DNA from: the human T2T-CHM13v2.0 reference genome, Homo sapiens
Direction: 5' to 3' (one strand)
Assembly (NCBI RefSeq): GCF_009914755.1
Contig: NC_060929.1
DNA length: 64,000 bases
Below, one piece after another: positions 15,613 to 28,048 of this stretch. How positions within the stretch are numbered: position 1 is the first letter of the stretch; each line of letters opens with the position of its first letter. The notes below the pieces were generated by a model. The model did no database searches, was not told the DNA's origin, and saw nothing but the letters and a program-made list of their open reading frames with translations. A program made the translations under genes and the position numbers.

Positions 15613-16148
15613 AAATGTAGAATGCAAAGGCCAAGAATGTCCTTTATTTCATGTTAGGGATCAGGGACTATGATTATGTCACTACAGAATAAAATAAACG
15701 GAAATGGATATCTGACAGCGGTGTGAGCAAATCCAATGTGCCGTAAAAGAGAGAGTGCCGCCTCGGCAGTTTGGGTTGCACAGGCCAGGGATCCAAAACT
15801 CAGTCACCAACAGGACCCAAAAGGCAATACGCACCTGTGATTCATCTAAGACCATTGTCTTACACTGCCCATTGTTGAGGCTGTGGTCAGAAGGAGAGTG
15901 GACCCCAGGCAAGACCAGGTGGCCCCTTCCCAGCACTTTCATTTGTTTCTCTGTAGGAAAGTAGATGAAGGGTTGCTCTTTCTCCCAATTCCTCAACAGA
16001 AGCTAAAACTTTGACATTGTGTGTATGATCTCCAGGTTTTCAAACAACTGATTAGTGAAAATCTGGAGATCATACTTACAATGGACTCAATGATCGTACT
16101 TACTTTTGGATTCAAAAGATTATCTCAGCAGTTTCAATAGAAATAGTC

Positions 16149-16490
<342 letters not shown>

Positions 16491-17894
16491 TTATCTCTAT
16501 CCTGCTCCTTAGTACTGACTTAATTCAACTCATGCTTATTGAACAACACAGAAGAATAACACAACAATGAACAACACAAAAATGAATAAAACATTTTGTC
16601 TTCACCCCATCCTAAGGAATTCATACTCAAACATAACAGCATAAGAGAAGTGTTAATCGCCCACAACTTCTAGAAGTGATCAAGCCCCAAATCAAAATCC
16701 CCAACTGGAGACGCTTCTCTATATAGTTAATGCTTCTTGCCTAGATAAACCCCAAAAGGAGAAAGAAAAACAAATAACAGCAAAAAGCAAACAAACAAGA
16801 GGAACTGGATGAGGCTGAGAAACTGAGATCTCTTAAAATGAATGTCCTTAGCTAGAAATCTCCACCCCTACTTTGTAAAAGCCCAGGTTGTGGGACTGGA
16901 GTGGAGGTGGGATCTATGTGACCAAAGAAAACCTCCTGGCTTGAGGGAAGAGCCAGGCCTGGCATCAATGATCTCCCCCAGATGGCCACTCAAAGCCATT
17001 AAAGCAAGGGGAAGTCCCCGTGCCTCCGCTGCGGCCGTTTCAATGAAGAGAAGCCTGCCAGGAAGCAACCGGATAGCTTCCTGGTCGAGGGCCTGCTGAT
17101 CTCGCCTCTGCATTTCTGGACAGTATTAATTTACACAGGCCCACAAACCAGCCGGGCACTCTCCAACCTATTGGGTTACATGCAAAGCACAAATAAACTT
17201 CCTGGGATAACTAACAGCGGAAATTGGAAAGGAAGGAACAATCTATCAATTATCAATAGGCAGCTCACAGGAACTTGGCAAATTAAGTAGTTAAAATGGG
17301 TAATAGAGATGAAAAAGAAAACGATGGGATTTTAAAAAATATCCCTCCATAATGCAGGAGATTAAAGGACCCGGCTGCTTTCCTTGCTCCCACAATAATG
17401 TCCCAGATCAAGTAAGATGGAGGAGCGGGGAGAGGGGAATACTGAAGAGGCTGACTTTGCCTAGCTGCAGGCATCGCCACGGCCTGGGGAAATGGCCTTC
17501 CAGCCAAGAAGCAGGAAAGCCTGGCGTGGTACTTCACACACTCGGGGAGTTGGGGGTGGGTCTGTATGGTACATTTCACATAGCATTTAGGTACGCTGGA
17601 TTGAAACATAGAGAAATGATTCCCTTCTCAGTTCTATTTCTGTCTAGTGCTACCCCTCTGATACCTCTCTGAAGCCTAAAGACCTCCCTCTTTGACAACA
17701 AGGGACCGGGCATATGGCTTTCTGCAGGCAGCCAGGCTTTTATTTTGCCTGTCTTACATTTATTTTTTCAGTTGCCTCCACGTCTCACAGTTGTCCTGGC
17801 TACCACATCGCCATTGCAGTAGCCGTCTGAAGTCCTTTTGAAATAGATTTACTTGAGTTGTATACAGTGAGATGATTTTAAAAGTTATATTCAG

Positions 17895-18002
17895 CAACGG
17901 GTGCAGCACACCAACGTGGCACATGTATACATATGTAACAAACCTGCACGTTGTGCACATGTACCCTGAAACTTAAAGTATAATAATAATAAAATTTTTA
18001 AA
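17895..18002 (+). mobile_element. L1PA (primate L1) 3' terminal stub
   Basis: gggtgcagcacacca...catgtatacatatgtaacaaacctgcacgttgtgcacatgtaccct...acttaaagtataat; TSD aaaagttatattcag (17880-17894, 18003-18017). Confidence 0.92.
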
Positions 18003-18199
18003 AAAAGTTATATTCAGGAAATAGCAGCACGTAGTTTAGAGGGAGGTGATCGTGAGCGTCTCAGCCCTGTATAAATGCATGGAACTCTTGGAAACGGCTT
18101 TGCAATTCCATGGGGTATCTCACTATATTAAGAGCTGACATGATTGACCTCTAAGGACGAGGCAGAGGGGCCACACATGAATTAAATGCATTCTTTACT

Positions 18200-18480
18200 T
18201 GAGTTCTTTCCATTCCTTTGTGAGGTAATACTTTGGAGGCCCCTTTTACAAATGAGGCAACCGAGGCACAGGAAAGCTAAGTCACTTTCCCGAGGACACC
18301 CAGGTATGAAAATGTGGAGCCTGGTTTGCTCCCTAGAGCCGGGCGATTCAGAACATAAGAGGCAGGGTACCCTGGCTGCCCTCTGAGTTAGTGGGATATG
18401 TTCACCAATCTCAAGAGTTCTTCTGAGGATTAAATGAGATCACACAGGGAAAGTCCTTGGCTCAGTGGTCTGGCATGTAA
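18200..18480. mobile_element. MIR fragments
   Basis: ttttacaaatgaggcaaccgaggcacagg and tgaggattaaatgagat cores in opposite orientations. Confidence 0.6.
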
Positions 18481-18809
18481 TCTGTACCCAAGAAATTCTC
18501 TCTTTTTTTCCCAATGAGATGCATAGAGCTCTGGGAGACTTCAAGCTTGTGTATCTCAATTTCATTGTATACAGTAACCTGGAGATGGTAAGCGTCTTCT
18601 AAGATCATGCAGCAAGTCGCAGCAGAATTGGCTCTTTGGTTGAAATCTCTAGGATGTCTGAGTTCAACTAAAAGTTCTTTACAATTCCCCCCAGGACTGG
18701 GCACTGACTAGCCTTCTCAGCATCCAGCCATGTTTTCAAGGCCTAGAGATGATTCTCAGTGCTCCAGAAGACACAAGTGAGACCCCAGCTCTCTGACTTA
18801 TTTCACCAT

Positions 18810-19600
18810 TCGACAGCTATTCATAGAGCATCTCCTATCTGGGTGATGAGGACTCACAGCAGTCTCTAAGACAGACTCATGCCCCACTCATAGAGTTTCC
18901 GGTCTAGACAGGAAGGCAAGCATTAATCAAATGACTGACCAAACAAATATAAATTTGCGATGATTTCATGTGCTATGAAGGAACAGTTCACAGGGCTAGG
19001 GGAACATGCACCCCCTTTCTAGTCTATTAAACAGCCTGCTTACTGGTGCCCTACCTCCTGTCTCCATTTCCAAACAACTTCTGTATGGCTGCTGGATTCA
19101 TCTATCTAAGTCCCAATTCTAATGTCACTCTTGGCTCTCAAACCTTCAGTGGCTCCCTACTTTCCAGAGAGTGAAATGTACATATCTCAGCCTGGAAGGC
19201 AAACCTTCCACCCAGCTTTCCAAACTTCCTCTTAGCTCCATTCCCAGGACAAGAGCCAGGGTTTCCCACTGCACTACCTAATACCCCGTCCATCTAAGAC
19301 ATGAGGCTCATAATGTCCTCATAATAGAAACCCCGAACTACCACTCTCCAAGGCCTGTGCCAAACGCCTCCTCTTCCAAGAAGCCTTTTCTTTAACCCCC
19401 ATCACTTCCATCGTCCACCTGCATGCAGCCTTTGGTTCATCGTTGCCTGAGAACCCTCATGCTTCTCTTGCATCCAGTCATGTAGGGGCTTTCCTTATGT
19501 TCCCAACTTGAGTATGGATTCCTTAGAGTAGGTTGGGGGCATGAATGTTTTATTCGTTCTTGTATCATTCATTGTTGTGTTATTCTTCTGTATCGTTCAA
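18810..19600. mobile_element. L2 fragments
   Basis: aaccttcagtggctccc and related L2 motifs; approximate. Confidence 0.5.
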
Positions 19601-19692
19601 TAAGCATGAATTGAATTTAGTTAGTGCTACAGGGCAGGATAGAAATATGAATAAAACTCTAACAAAGGATAATTATTATTAAAACTTAATCA

Positions 19693-19978
<286 letters not shown>

Positions 19979-20589
19979 TTAATCAGTGCTAATATCAGGC
20001 CACCTGGTAAAGACTGAAGACAGAGAGTGGACGAAACATGGCCCTTGTGCTTGAAGACACAAAGGCTGGAGGGGGAGGCCAATGCCCAAACACCTAACTA
20101 TTGCCAAGATAATGGCGACCGTGGAGATACTAACAACAGCAGCTTGCACCCATTAGGAGGCTTGTACCCCACATGCCAGGACTGTGTTAGGCTCCTTATA
20201 TCCATTATCTCATTTAACCCTCAGAGCAGTCCCATGAATTAGGTTTTTATTTTGTAGGTAGGGAAACCAGAGCTAATAAACTTTCAGTTGATTTGTCTGG
20301 GGTCTTGGTTAGGGGTGGCATTCAGTGGTATATTCCTGAATCCACCAACAAGCAGCCTGGAGTAGGGAGTCCAAGGCTGGAGTCCACTGACCTCCTGATG
20401 CCATCCAGGCATCAAGACAAGACTGCTTGTCTTTCAGTTCACACATTCCCCGTGTGTGATCTTTATCCTCTCACTAATCACCTTGTAGTTGGGAGATGCC
20501 CAATCCACACCTGGCATAGCATCTATGATCTACATGGAGAGTAGGGAAAGAGCAGAGAGTAAAAGTTACAGGCCAGTTTGTCTGCATTT

Positions 20590-20794
20590 TAAAGAGTCTC
20601 TGAGAAGTCCTATCTAGTAAACTCCATCTACATGCCATTGGCCAGAGCTACGTCATTTGAGCACTCTTAACTGCGAGAGAGATGGGAAATGCAGTTATCC
20701 TGCGGCATTCCTTGCCAGGCCAAACAGGAAGAATTCCTTCAGTAAGAAACAAGGGCAGAATGGATATTGGGTGAGCAGTGAGCAGGGTATGCCA
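20590..20794 (-). mobile_element. MLT1-type MaLR LTR fragment
   Basis: cattggccagagct...gggaaatgcagt...agaatggatattgggt. Confidence 0.6.
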
Positions 20795-20823
20795 TCCACC
20801 CTAGTTTCAAGCCTGGACTTGAA

Positions 20824-21020
20824 CCAGTGATGTGTTACTCAGTCAGCTGGCAGGGGTGGAGGGAAGCCCTGATTGGTGGCATTTGCCAATTTTTGCAGTG
20901 TAAATACTCTCATCATAAGTAAATTCAAGCTACCAACAGGACTGCAAACGGCTTATAGAATTCCTGAAGATGTAACCATCAGCTCTCACAGCTGGTGCAA
21001 GCCGACTCATGACGTCATTG
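20824..21020 (-). mobile_element. MER63-like hAT-Blackjack element
   Basis: ccagtgatgtg...agccctgattggtggcatttgccaattt...tgtaaatactc...ttcaagctaccaac. Confidence 0.7.
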
Positions 21021-21399
21021 ACATGAATCTGCCTAACTCCAGGTAAACCCTCTTTACTATGACGTGTTACCAAAGGCCATGCAACACAGAGAAGGAGGCA
21101 TTAAGGAGCTGCCCAGGGACCATGCAATTCTTGAACTTTGGGAATCTATGAGTTCAGAAGATTTATCAAGTACGTAATCACTCAGAGACAATTGAGAGCT
21201 GCCCTTTCCAGGTAGACGTGCAGCAGCAAGCAGGCCTGAAGCCCCTGGGAGCAAAGGTGGGTGCAACAGATGATACCTGTTCTGCCTCTTCCCTGGGACA
21301 CCTAAGGATCTGTTGGATGATGAGCCAGAGCTTCAAGGCAACAGATCCTGAGGATGGCAACTAGTACTTGAAATTGACAGAAAAGGGAAAAAAAAGAAA

Positions 21400-21512
21400 T
21401 ACATATATATATACACATATAGATATATATATATATACATATATATACACATATAGATATACATATATACACACATATATATGTATGTATGTGTGTGTGT
21501 GTGTATATTATA
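21400..21512. repeat. (TA)n/(TG)n compound microsatellite
   Basis: Seen directly. Confidence 0.92.
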
Positions 21513-21538
21513 TACCACCATCTTTCTTACCTTCATGA

Positions 21539-21751
21539 TAGTGGTTCTCAACCAGGGTTGATCCTCCCCCCAGAAGATATTTGGCAAGGTTTGGAGACAC
21601 TTTCGATGGTCACAACTTGGGATGGGGATGCTCCTGGTATCTAGTGGGTAGAGGCCAGGGATGCTGCTCGGCACCCTGCAAGGCACAGGGCAGCCCCCCA
21701 TGATGAAGAATTATCTACCCCCAAATGTCAGTGCAAAAGCTGAGAAACCCT
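21539..21751 (+). mobile_element. MER20 (hAT-Charlie), near full length
   Basis: agtggttctcaacc...tatttggca...tggagaca...atctagtgggtagaggccagggatgctgct...ccaaatgtca...tgagaaaccctg. Confidence 0.9.
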
Positions 21752-23289
21752 GCTCTGTAAAACTAGCCAACAAGTGTTGCCTCCGTGAATTCTGTGAGAC
21801 ACAGAAAAGACTTACTTTTTATGTTTTGGGGGGTACTGAGGAAGCGGTGGGCAGTGAGTGGAGAAGGAAAGATGCTGTTTATTATTCAACTCTCGCCTCC
21901 ACAGCAGGGAAAACACTGTTTATATGAAACATCCAAGGTCGCTGCCACAGATATCAGTTCCATATTTCATGAGCCTTTGCCAAATCAAATTAGCTTATTT
22001 TCCTTGATATTAAGTTTGACAAGCAAAGAGACTGTGAAAACCAGAATTTCTAACTGGGCGTGCCCCTGTAATTTGGAATTTTTTTTTTTTTTTAGCATTG
22101 AGATTCCAACAGTAGCCTCATTCTTCATGTAAGGATTATATTACTGGCTGTATTCCTCTTGTCTGGAAATTTACCTCGTGTATCCTCAATTTCTTCTGCT
22201 ATTCATATTCTTCAGGAATGTGACTGAGGCAGCCAGCCGATGCTGTTGGGACTCATAGTAGATGCCAAGGGCAGGTGGCCGAGGTGCCCCAGGAGGAGAG
22301 CAGCCCCTGTTCCACGTGAACCCACTATTAAGACGACTTGGTGTGGGGCAGTGTGTGTCAGCATGGTGTCAGTCAAAAGAAAAAGAAAGAAAGAAAACAC
22401 CCCCAGGCCAGTTATCCTTAATGGTTTTTGGTTCCAGATAGCTTTGAAAATCGGATGAAAGCTGTGATCTTGCTTCTGCAAATGTATGCACGCTTTGGCA
22501 CATTTTGCAGGGAATCCTGGAGCGTTCACTGGTTTCCTGAGGCTCAACAGTGAAGCCTTTGGCTGGGATTAGGGACCACAGCTACAGGTCAAAGCATGTG
22601 GCAAGACGACGCCCACTGAATATGGGTCTTCCATGCTGTGACTTTACGCCTGTGACCTGAGGACTCACCTGCTAGAATCTGAGTTTTCTCTGCTGTAAAG
22701 TCGATATTAACATCTTCTTCAGCAGGTGGTCCTACCAGTTAGAATGAGATGAAAGTCAGTAGGGAGAATAGACCAGATGGAAAAACAGAAGAAGGCAAAG
22801 AAACCACTGATTCACGTAATTAGCATTTATGGAGCACCTACTGCATGCGGACACCACATAGAATGCTGGGAATTCAGAGATAAGTAGACCAAAGTTCCTG
22901 CCCTCAAGGAGCTTGCAGAACATTTCAAATTCACAGGAGAGAGTTAGGGAGGCTTCAGCTGATGCTGTGGCACTGTGGTGGACTCATGGGAAGGGATTCA
23001 GGAGCTATTAAGGTGAGACCCCTGGGTGAATAAGACTGGGTCTGGCCTGCTGAGGGAGGAGGACTGAACCGGAGCGGAATTCTCCTGCTGCACAAAATGT
23101 CTGATCTCAGGATCATGCAATTTTAACACAGACCCAGAACAAAGAAGCTTCTAGGTCTGGTAACAGTGCTCAGAGTCCCTTTCAGAGGGTTGAATCTCAC
23201 GTGCAATTTCCCATAAGTTACTTAATGTTTTTGCACCATGGTGTTTGCATTGCAATGCATGTTAGACTAGTAATCTTGGCTTTCATATT

Positions 23290-23850
23290 GGAGCCATGTG
23301 GCATGAGACGCAGCCTGTAGGCTCCACAAGGAACGGGGTGCATTTCTTGTTAATTGCTCTATTCCCAGCATCTAGAATGGGGCCTGACACACGGGAGGTG
23401 CTAACTCGGCATTTACTGGAAAAATGAAAGGAATCATCTAGTGGGAAAAACAGATTTCATCAGGGCTGCAAAAGAAGAGAACGGGGGCCAAGAGCAATGT
23501 ATCCGAGGAGGCTGCCTTGGTTGGGAGGGCCCTTGGGAAGGTCTCCCTAAGGTAGAGGCCCTGGAGGTGAGATCTGAGTAGGAGCTAATGAGGTGAAGAG
23601 GGAAGACAGAGGACACAGTCCATGCAAAGTCCTGATGGCAGGCGGAGACCTGCAAGTTCAAGGAGCTGAGGTCTGTGTGGTGGGAGTGCTGAGGATGTGA
23701 GGGAGGGGTCCGGGGGGCTGGAGGGACGACTGGCCACATCACACAGGACTTTGTAGGTCATGGCCAAGACTTCTTTGTCTCAAGAGCAGTGGGAAGTCAT
23801 TGAATATCTTTAAACACCTTGGGCAATTTTCTTTCCTCTGTTTTCCATGT
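23290..23850. mobile_element. L2 fragments
   Basis: gcagtgggaagtcattgaa, aggactttgtaggtcatgg and tail motifs. Confidence 0.55.
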
Positions 23851-23899
23851 GAACGCCAGCAGGAGGGAGCATACTTTGTACATTTGTCATTTTCTTCCC

Positions 23900-24490
23900 C
23901 TACATTCATCTCTCTCTTTTCTTCCTAGAAATAGTGCCCTGATTTCCCTTGGTAATCTATTCCTCAGGTTTCTCAGCCAGGAGGCCTGAGGGGGATTGGC
24001 CCTACCCCAGTTCCAGTGGGGGACTTTCATTGCCCTAAGCCAAAGACTCCATCTCCTCCCTTTTACCCCTGGAATTGGTCTGATGATGGTCACAAAGCAC
24101 AAACAGTGCAAAGGAGTTGAGAGGAGAGGTTAGCTGGGGCTCGTAGAATGTGAAGCTCTGTCTTCTCTGGGAACTGTCAGGAGAAACTTTCCCTTCTTCC
24201 CTGGATAGTTGCACACAACTCCCTTCTTGCCTCAGGATTTGCAGCAAGGGAAGAGCCTGCAACTGCTAGGGGCCACCACTGGGACTTAAAGATGAAGCTG
24301 ACACCTTGAAAGGCAGAGACAAAATACACAACAAACTAATCGTTGATAATACTTTGTGAGCACCTGGATCAAGCCTCACCTGATGCCAAAATACTGCTGG
24401 ACCTTTCTGGTTCCTGAGCCAATTATTCCTTTCTGTCCTTTTAAACCATTTTGAGTTGGTCTTTGGACATGGAGGTACTTAATCAATGCA
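23900..24490 (+). mobile_element. MLT1-type MaLR LTR
   Basis: gagcacctggatcaagcc...tgagccaattattcc...ttaaaccattttgagttgg 3' motif. Confidence 0.6.
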
Positions 24491-25694
24491 GGCGGCTGAA
24501 CCAGTGATCTAATGTTGCTGATTCTGCAGAAGCATTTTTACAAAGACTTGTAGAAAGACAGGGGCATCTGGCAGGTAGAAGCTATGTGGAAACTATAATC
24601 CAAAAGCATGAAATCTCATATTTTACCCAAGTATTATGATGGGCCATCAGTCCAAAACTTCACACCACAACATAACCAAATTCACAGTGAGTGGTCTGAA
24701 ATGCATGTGGACACAGTTTCAAAGATTTGGGATTCAGTTTCCATTTGGAGCAGAGCCTAGAATTTTTGGATGTTTCCCCAAGGATTCAAGCTGGTGGATC
24801 TGAAAAGCCAGCAGGGGGATCTCCTGAGAAGCGTTTTCACGGCTCTCCAGGATACTTCCTCTCCTAGGATAAGCAGACACTTTTCTGCTGGGCCTTAGGC
24901 CCTTCCATGGTGGAAAGTTGGCTGGGAATCAGAAAGGATGAGTCATGAGGAAAAGTTTGCAGCCTTCAAAGAGCAGCGTTTGGTTTGGGCTGGGCTGAAA
25001 TCATCAGTCCACAGGCTGGTGCGTGTGTTCACATTTGTGGAAGTCCATCTGTCCCTCCCCGGCGCTGTATGTGCTTGCCATCTTTCTTTTGAACTCAAGG
25101 CAGATGATAAAGAGCAAGTCATAAGCCTGCTGTGTTGAAGCCCAAGTCTCAGCTGGCAGGATCGACACTGCAGAATCAACTTGGCCTCTGTCCTGTCAGG
25201 ACAGCTCAAGCCTCAGCACCCTTTCTCCTGTGTAACCTGCTCAGAGAAGTTTCCAGAGAGGAGAGATAGAGAGGGACCATGGTAAAGAGGTATAGAGAAG
25301 AAGAATGGACATAACACTTGTGCATGCTCTTTTGGAATTTATCATTTATAGTCAATGTATTTTTAGCTCATCTATAAGCTGGACAATTTCGTAATCTCTC
25401 CAAACTTCTTTCCTATCTTTGGCACAATAAGGATCATACCACCTATTCCAACAAGTTGCTCTGACAATTTTAAAAAATAGTATATGGAAATCACCTTAGC
25501 ATAGTCCATTAATGAGCTCCAAAAATATTGATTGCCATAGGCCAATTCCAACTGAGGATGCTACAAAGAAGCGTCGTGAAAGGTTACATTGCCACAAAGA
25601 GGGAAAATAAAAATCTAACGAAAGAAAAGCGAACTGCTTCCCAGTGCCTGCTTGCATGAAAACACAGTGATACAGTTTTGCCTTTTCAATGGAG

Positions 25695-25709
25695 GGGTCA
25701 CAGAGTTCA
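25695..25709 (+). promoter_or_regulatory. Consensus DR3 nuclear-receptor element (VDR-RXR type)
   Basis: GGGTCA-cag-AGTTCA matches RGKTCA-N3-RGKTCA exactly, in non-repeat, CpG-retaining sequence; function not shown. Confidence 0.5.
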
Positions 25710-27449
25710 GTCCACGCCTCGGCATGTGAACTTGTGGTTTCTGCCCAATGAATCAGTCGGTGATGGGAAAATTAACTGATCTGAGCAGAGTGATGTCAAT
25801 GTCACTGGGAGGAAGGTGCTGGTACAATGTACAGTCACTACAAACATCCAACATTAGAAGACTAAATCATGCCATCTAAGGGGCTTGCTGACGTGTCGTT
25901 CACATTTAAAACCCTGACGTTAATCTAAAACATTTTGGGCTGATGCTGGGGGAAGGGGAAGAGCAAAAGGAGAGAGACTTACGTTCCTGTCGATAACACG
26001 TAGGCCGGGACTGAATGTCATTGCCCATGCCGGATCTTGGGGCACTGGTTTTGAGGTAAGCCCCTTCACCAACTACCCAGCAGCTGTGTGAGTTACACAA
26101 AGCCAACACGGGGTCCTTCCCCTCACTTTCTCATTAGTACTGGGCCCATCCACCCACCTCAGAGCCAATAGCCCAGAACAGCTGTTTGGACATGGATTGT
26201 TCTCTCTTTTGCTTCTGATGTGGAACTTTCTTTCCAGCAGGGATCTCTGGTGACTTCTGCTTATTTCCTATTTGAGTCAGAAAAGCAAGTGCAATTTGAA
26301 GATAGGAAAAGTCAGCCAGGCTCCTCAGTACCCCTCTAATAGCTTAGACTGACTTTTGCGGTTTGGAAAATGTTCCCATTTTTCCAAACCAGCTCCTCCA
26401 TCACTATCACAGCCAGACTGTCTGGGAAAACTGCCTGTCTTTTTACAGTGACTATTACGTTAAGAGATAGATTAAAAATAATAGGAAGAGGTCAGAAACT
26501 TTCTTGCTGTGAGAGAAGAAAATAGAGTGCGCGGTGAGTGATCACTATCTTGGCTGGCCCCAGACAGCCAGGCTGCGGTGGGCCAGCGGAGCTGCTCCCA
26601 CTCCAGAGGGCGGAACTGGGGCACGTCAAAGACCCACGGAGGCTGCTTGTGGGCTTCTCAGCAGAAGCAGCCTGCAATGCTAGAAAGACTCTTGTTTTCC
26701 ATTCTGAGGATAATCCTTCTGGCAAGGGATGCATAAATGAGGTCTGAATGGGAAGAAGGGATTACAGCAGAAAAGGAAAATCTCGCCACAAGGACTATTT
26801 ACAAGCTATAAATCCAGTTGTTAATTTCAAGCCATCAAAATCATTCTTCTATCTCCAGCCTGAAACAACAACGGATGGTCAACACAAGGGTAATCCACCA
26901 GAGGAACACTGAGCGGAGCTGTACCGCCCCAGCCACATCAGCTACTGCCTTTCTTGGTCCATAAAATATGACCTTAATTACAAGTCAACTTATTCTCATT
27001 AAGGAGAAGGGAGAGGGGAAGCTAAGAAGGCTGGTTGAGAAATGAAGGCTGGTCTCAGGGAGCAGAAATGTGCATGCAATTTGCAACAGGAAGAAAGGAA
27101 GGCCGACTTTTATAAAAGATGTGCCAAGAACACTTCAGGCTCCAGAAAAGACATGAGCCTGAAGCAGGCAGAGCTTTGTGGATCACACAGAGGTTGAGAT
27201 CCAGCACCACCATTCATAACAAGGGCTTCCTTTCTCATCTATGAAAAGGTTACTTCAAAACATAAGTTTCTCATAACTGTCCTGTTACATTATATTTGGG
27301 AGGAGGTATGGCTTCACTACTCACCCCTAAGAAGGAATGATTGATATTAATAACTTCACAAAGCTATCATCACATCTATTGCCTGTTTTCCTTGTATGAC
27401 TTACATTAATGTGCATATATTATTTGCTTGGTACAAAGTTAATTACAAT

Positions 27450-27750
27450 AAGGTAAACATTGTCATTATCCCCTTTATAGATGAGGAAATTGAAGTGTAA
27501 TAAATCGCACAAAGATACACAGCTAGTGTGCATTAGAATCAAGATTCGAATCCAGATTTATGTAGCTCCAGTGGCTCTGCTTATATTTACTTCACTAGAG
27601 GAGCTTTTGCTTTTCATAACTATTTTCCCTAAACCTCATGAAGTGTCATCTTCCCCCACTTAACACATGAAGAAACTGAGGCTAAGAGAAGTAAAGAGAG
27701 CTGCCCTAAGTGACTCAGGCCCTTGAGTGCTGAGGCTGGAATTCTGTAAT
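27450..27750 (-). mobile_element. Two MIR fragments
   Basis: attatcccctttatagatgaggaaattga and catgaagaaactgaggctaagaga. Confidence 0.65.
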
Positions 27751-27779
27751 GTTTCCTGAAAAGGGCTGGGCATGGTGTC

Positions 27780-28048
27780 CCAGAAGTCAAAGATGAATGC
27801 AGCTTGATGATCCCAAATAACCAGGAGAGGAAGTGTCACAGGGTGAGGACAATGCAGAAACTACCCACTTCTTCCTGTGCCCTTGATCCTCGGAGGTGTT
27901 TGGCTCTCATTCTTTTCAGAGCCTGTTTTTTCAGCTTCTCATTCAATTCTGTGAGTCTCCCCAATCCTTCCAATAAATCTTGTTTTATTGTTTAAGTCAG
28001 CTGGGATTGGGTTCCTATTGCTTGCAACCCAGAATCCTAACTACTATA
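27780..28048 (+). mobile_element. LTR33-like ERVL LTR 3' part
   Basis: tccttccaataaat...ttgcttgcaacccagaatcctaact terminus. Confidence 0.6.

Noticed and set aside
23701-23725. G-quadruplex consensus (also G12 run at 43391-43402)
   Set aside because: Single motif within an L2 relic; such matches are very common genome-wide.
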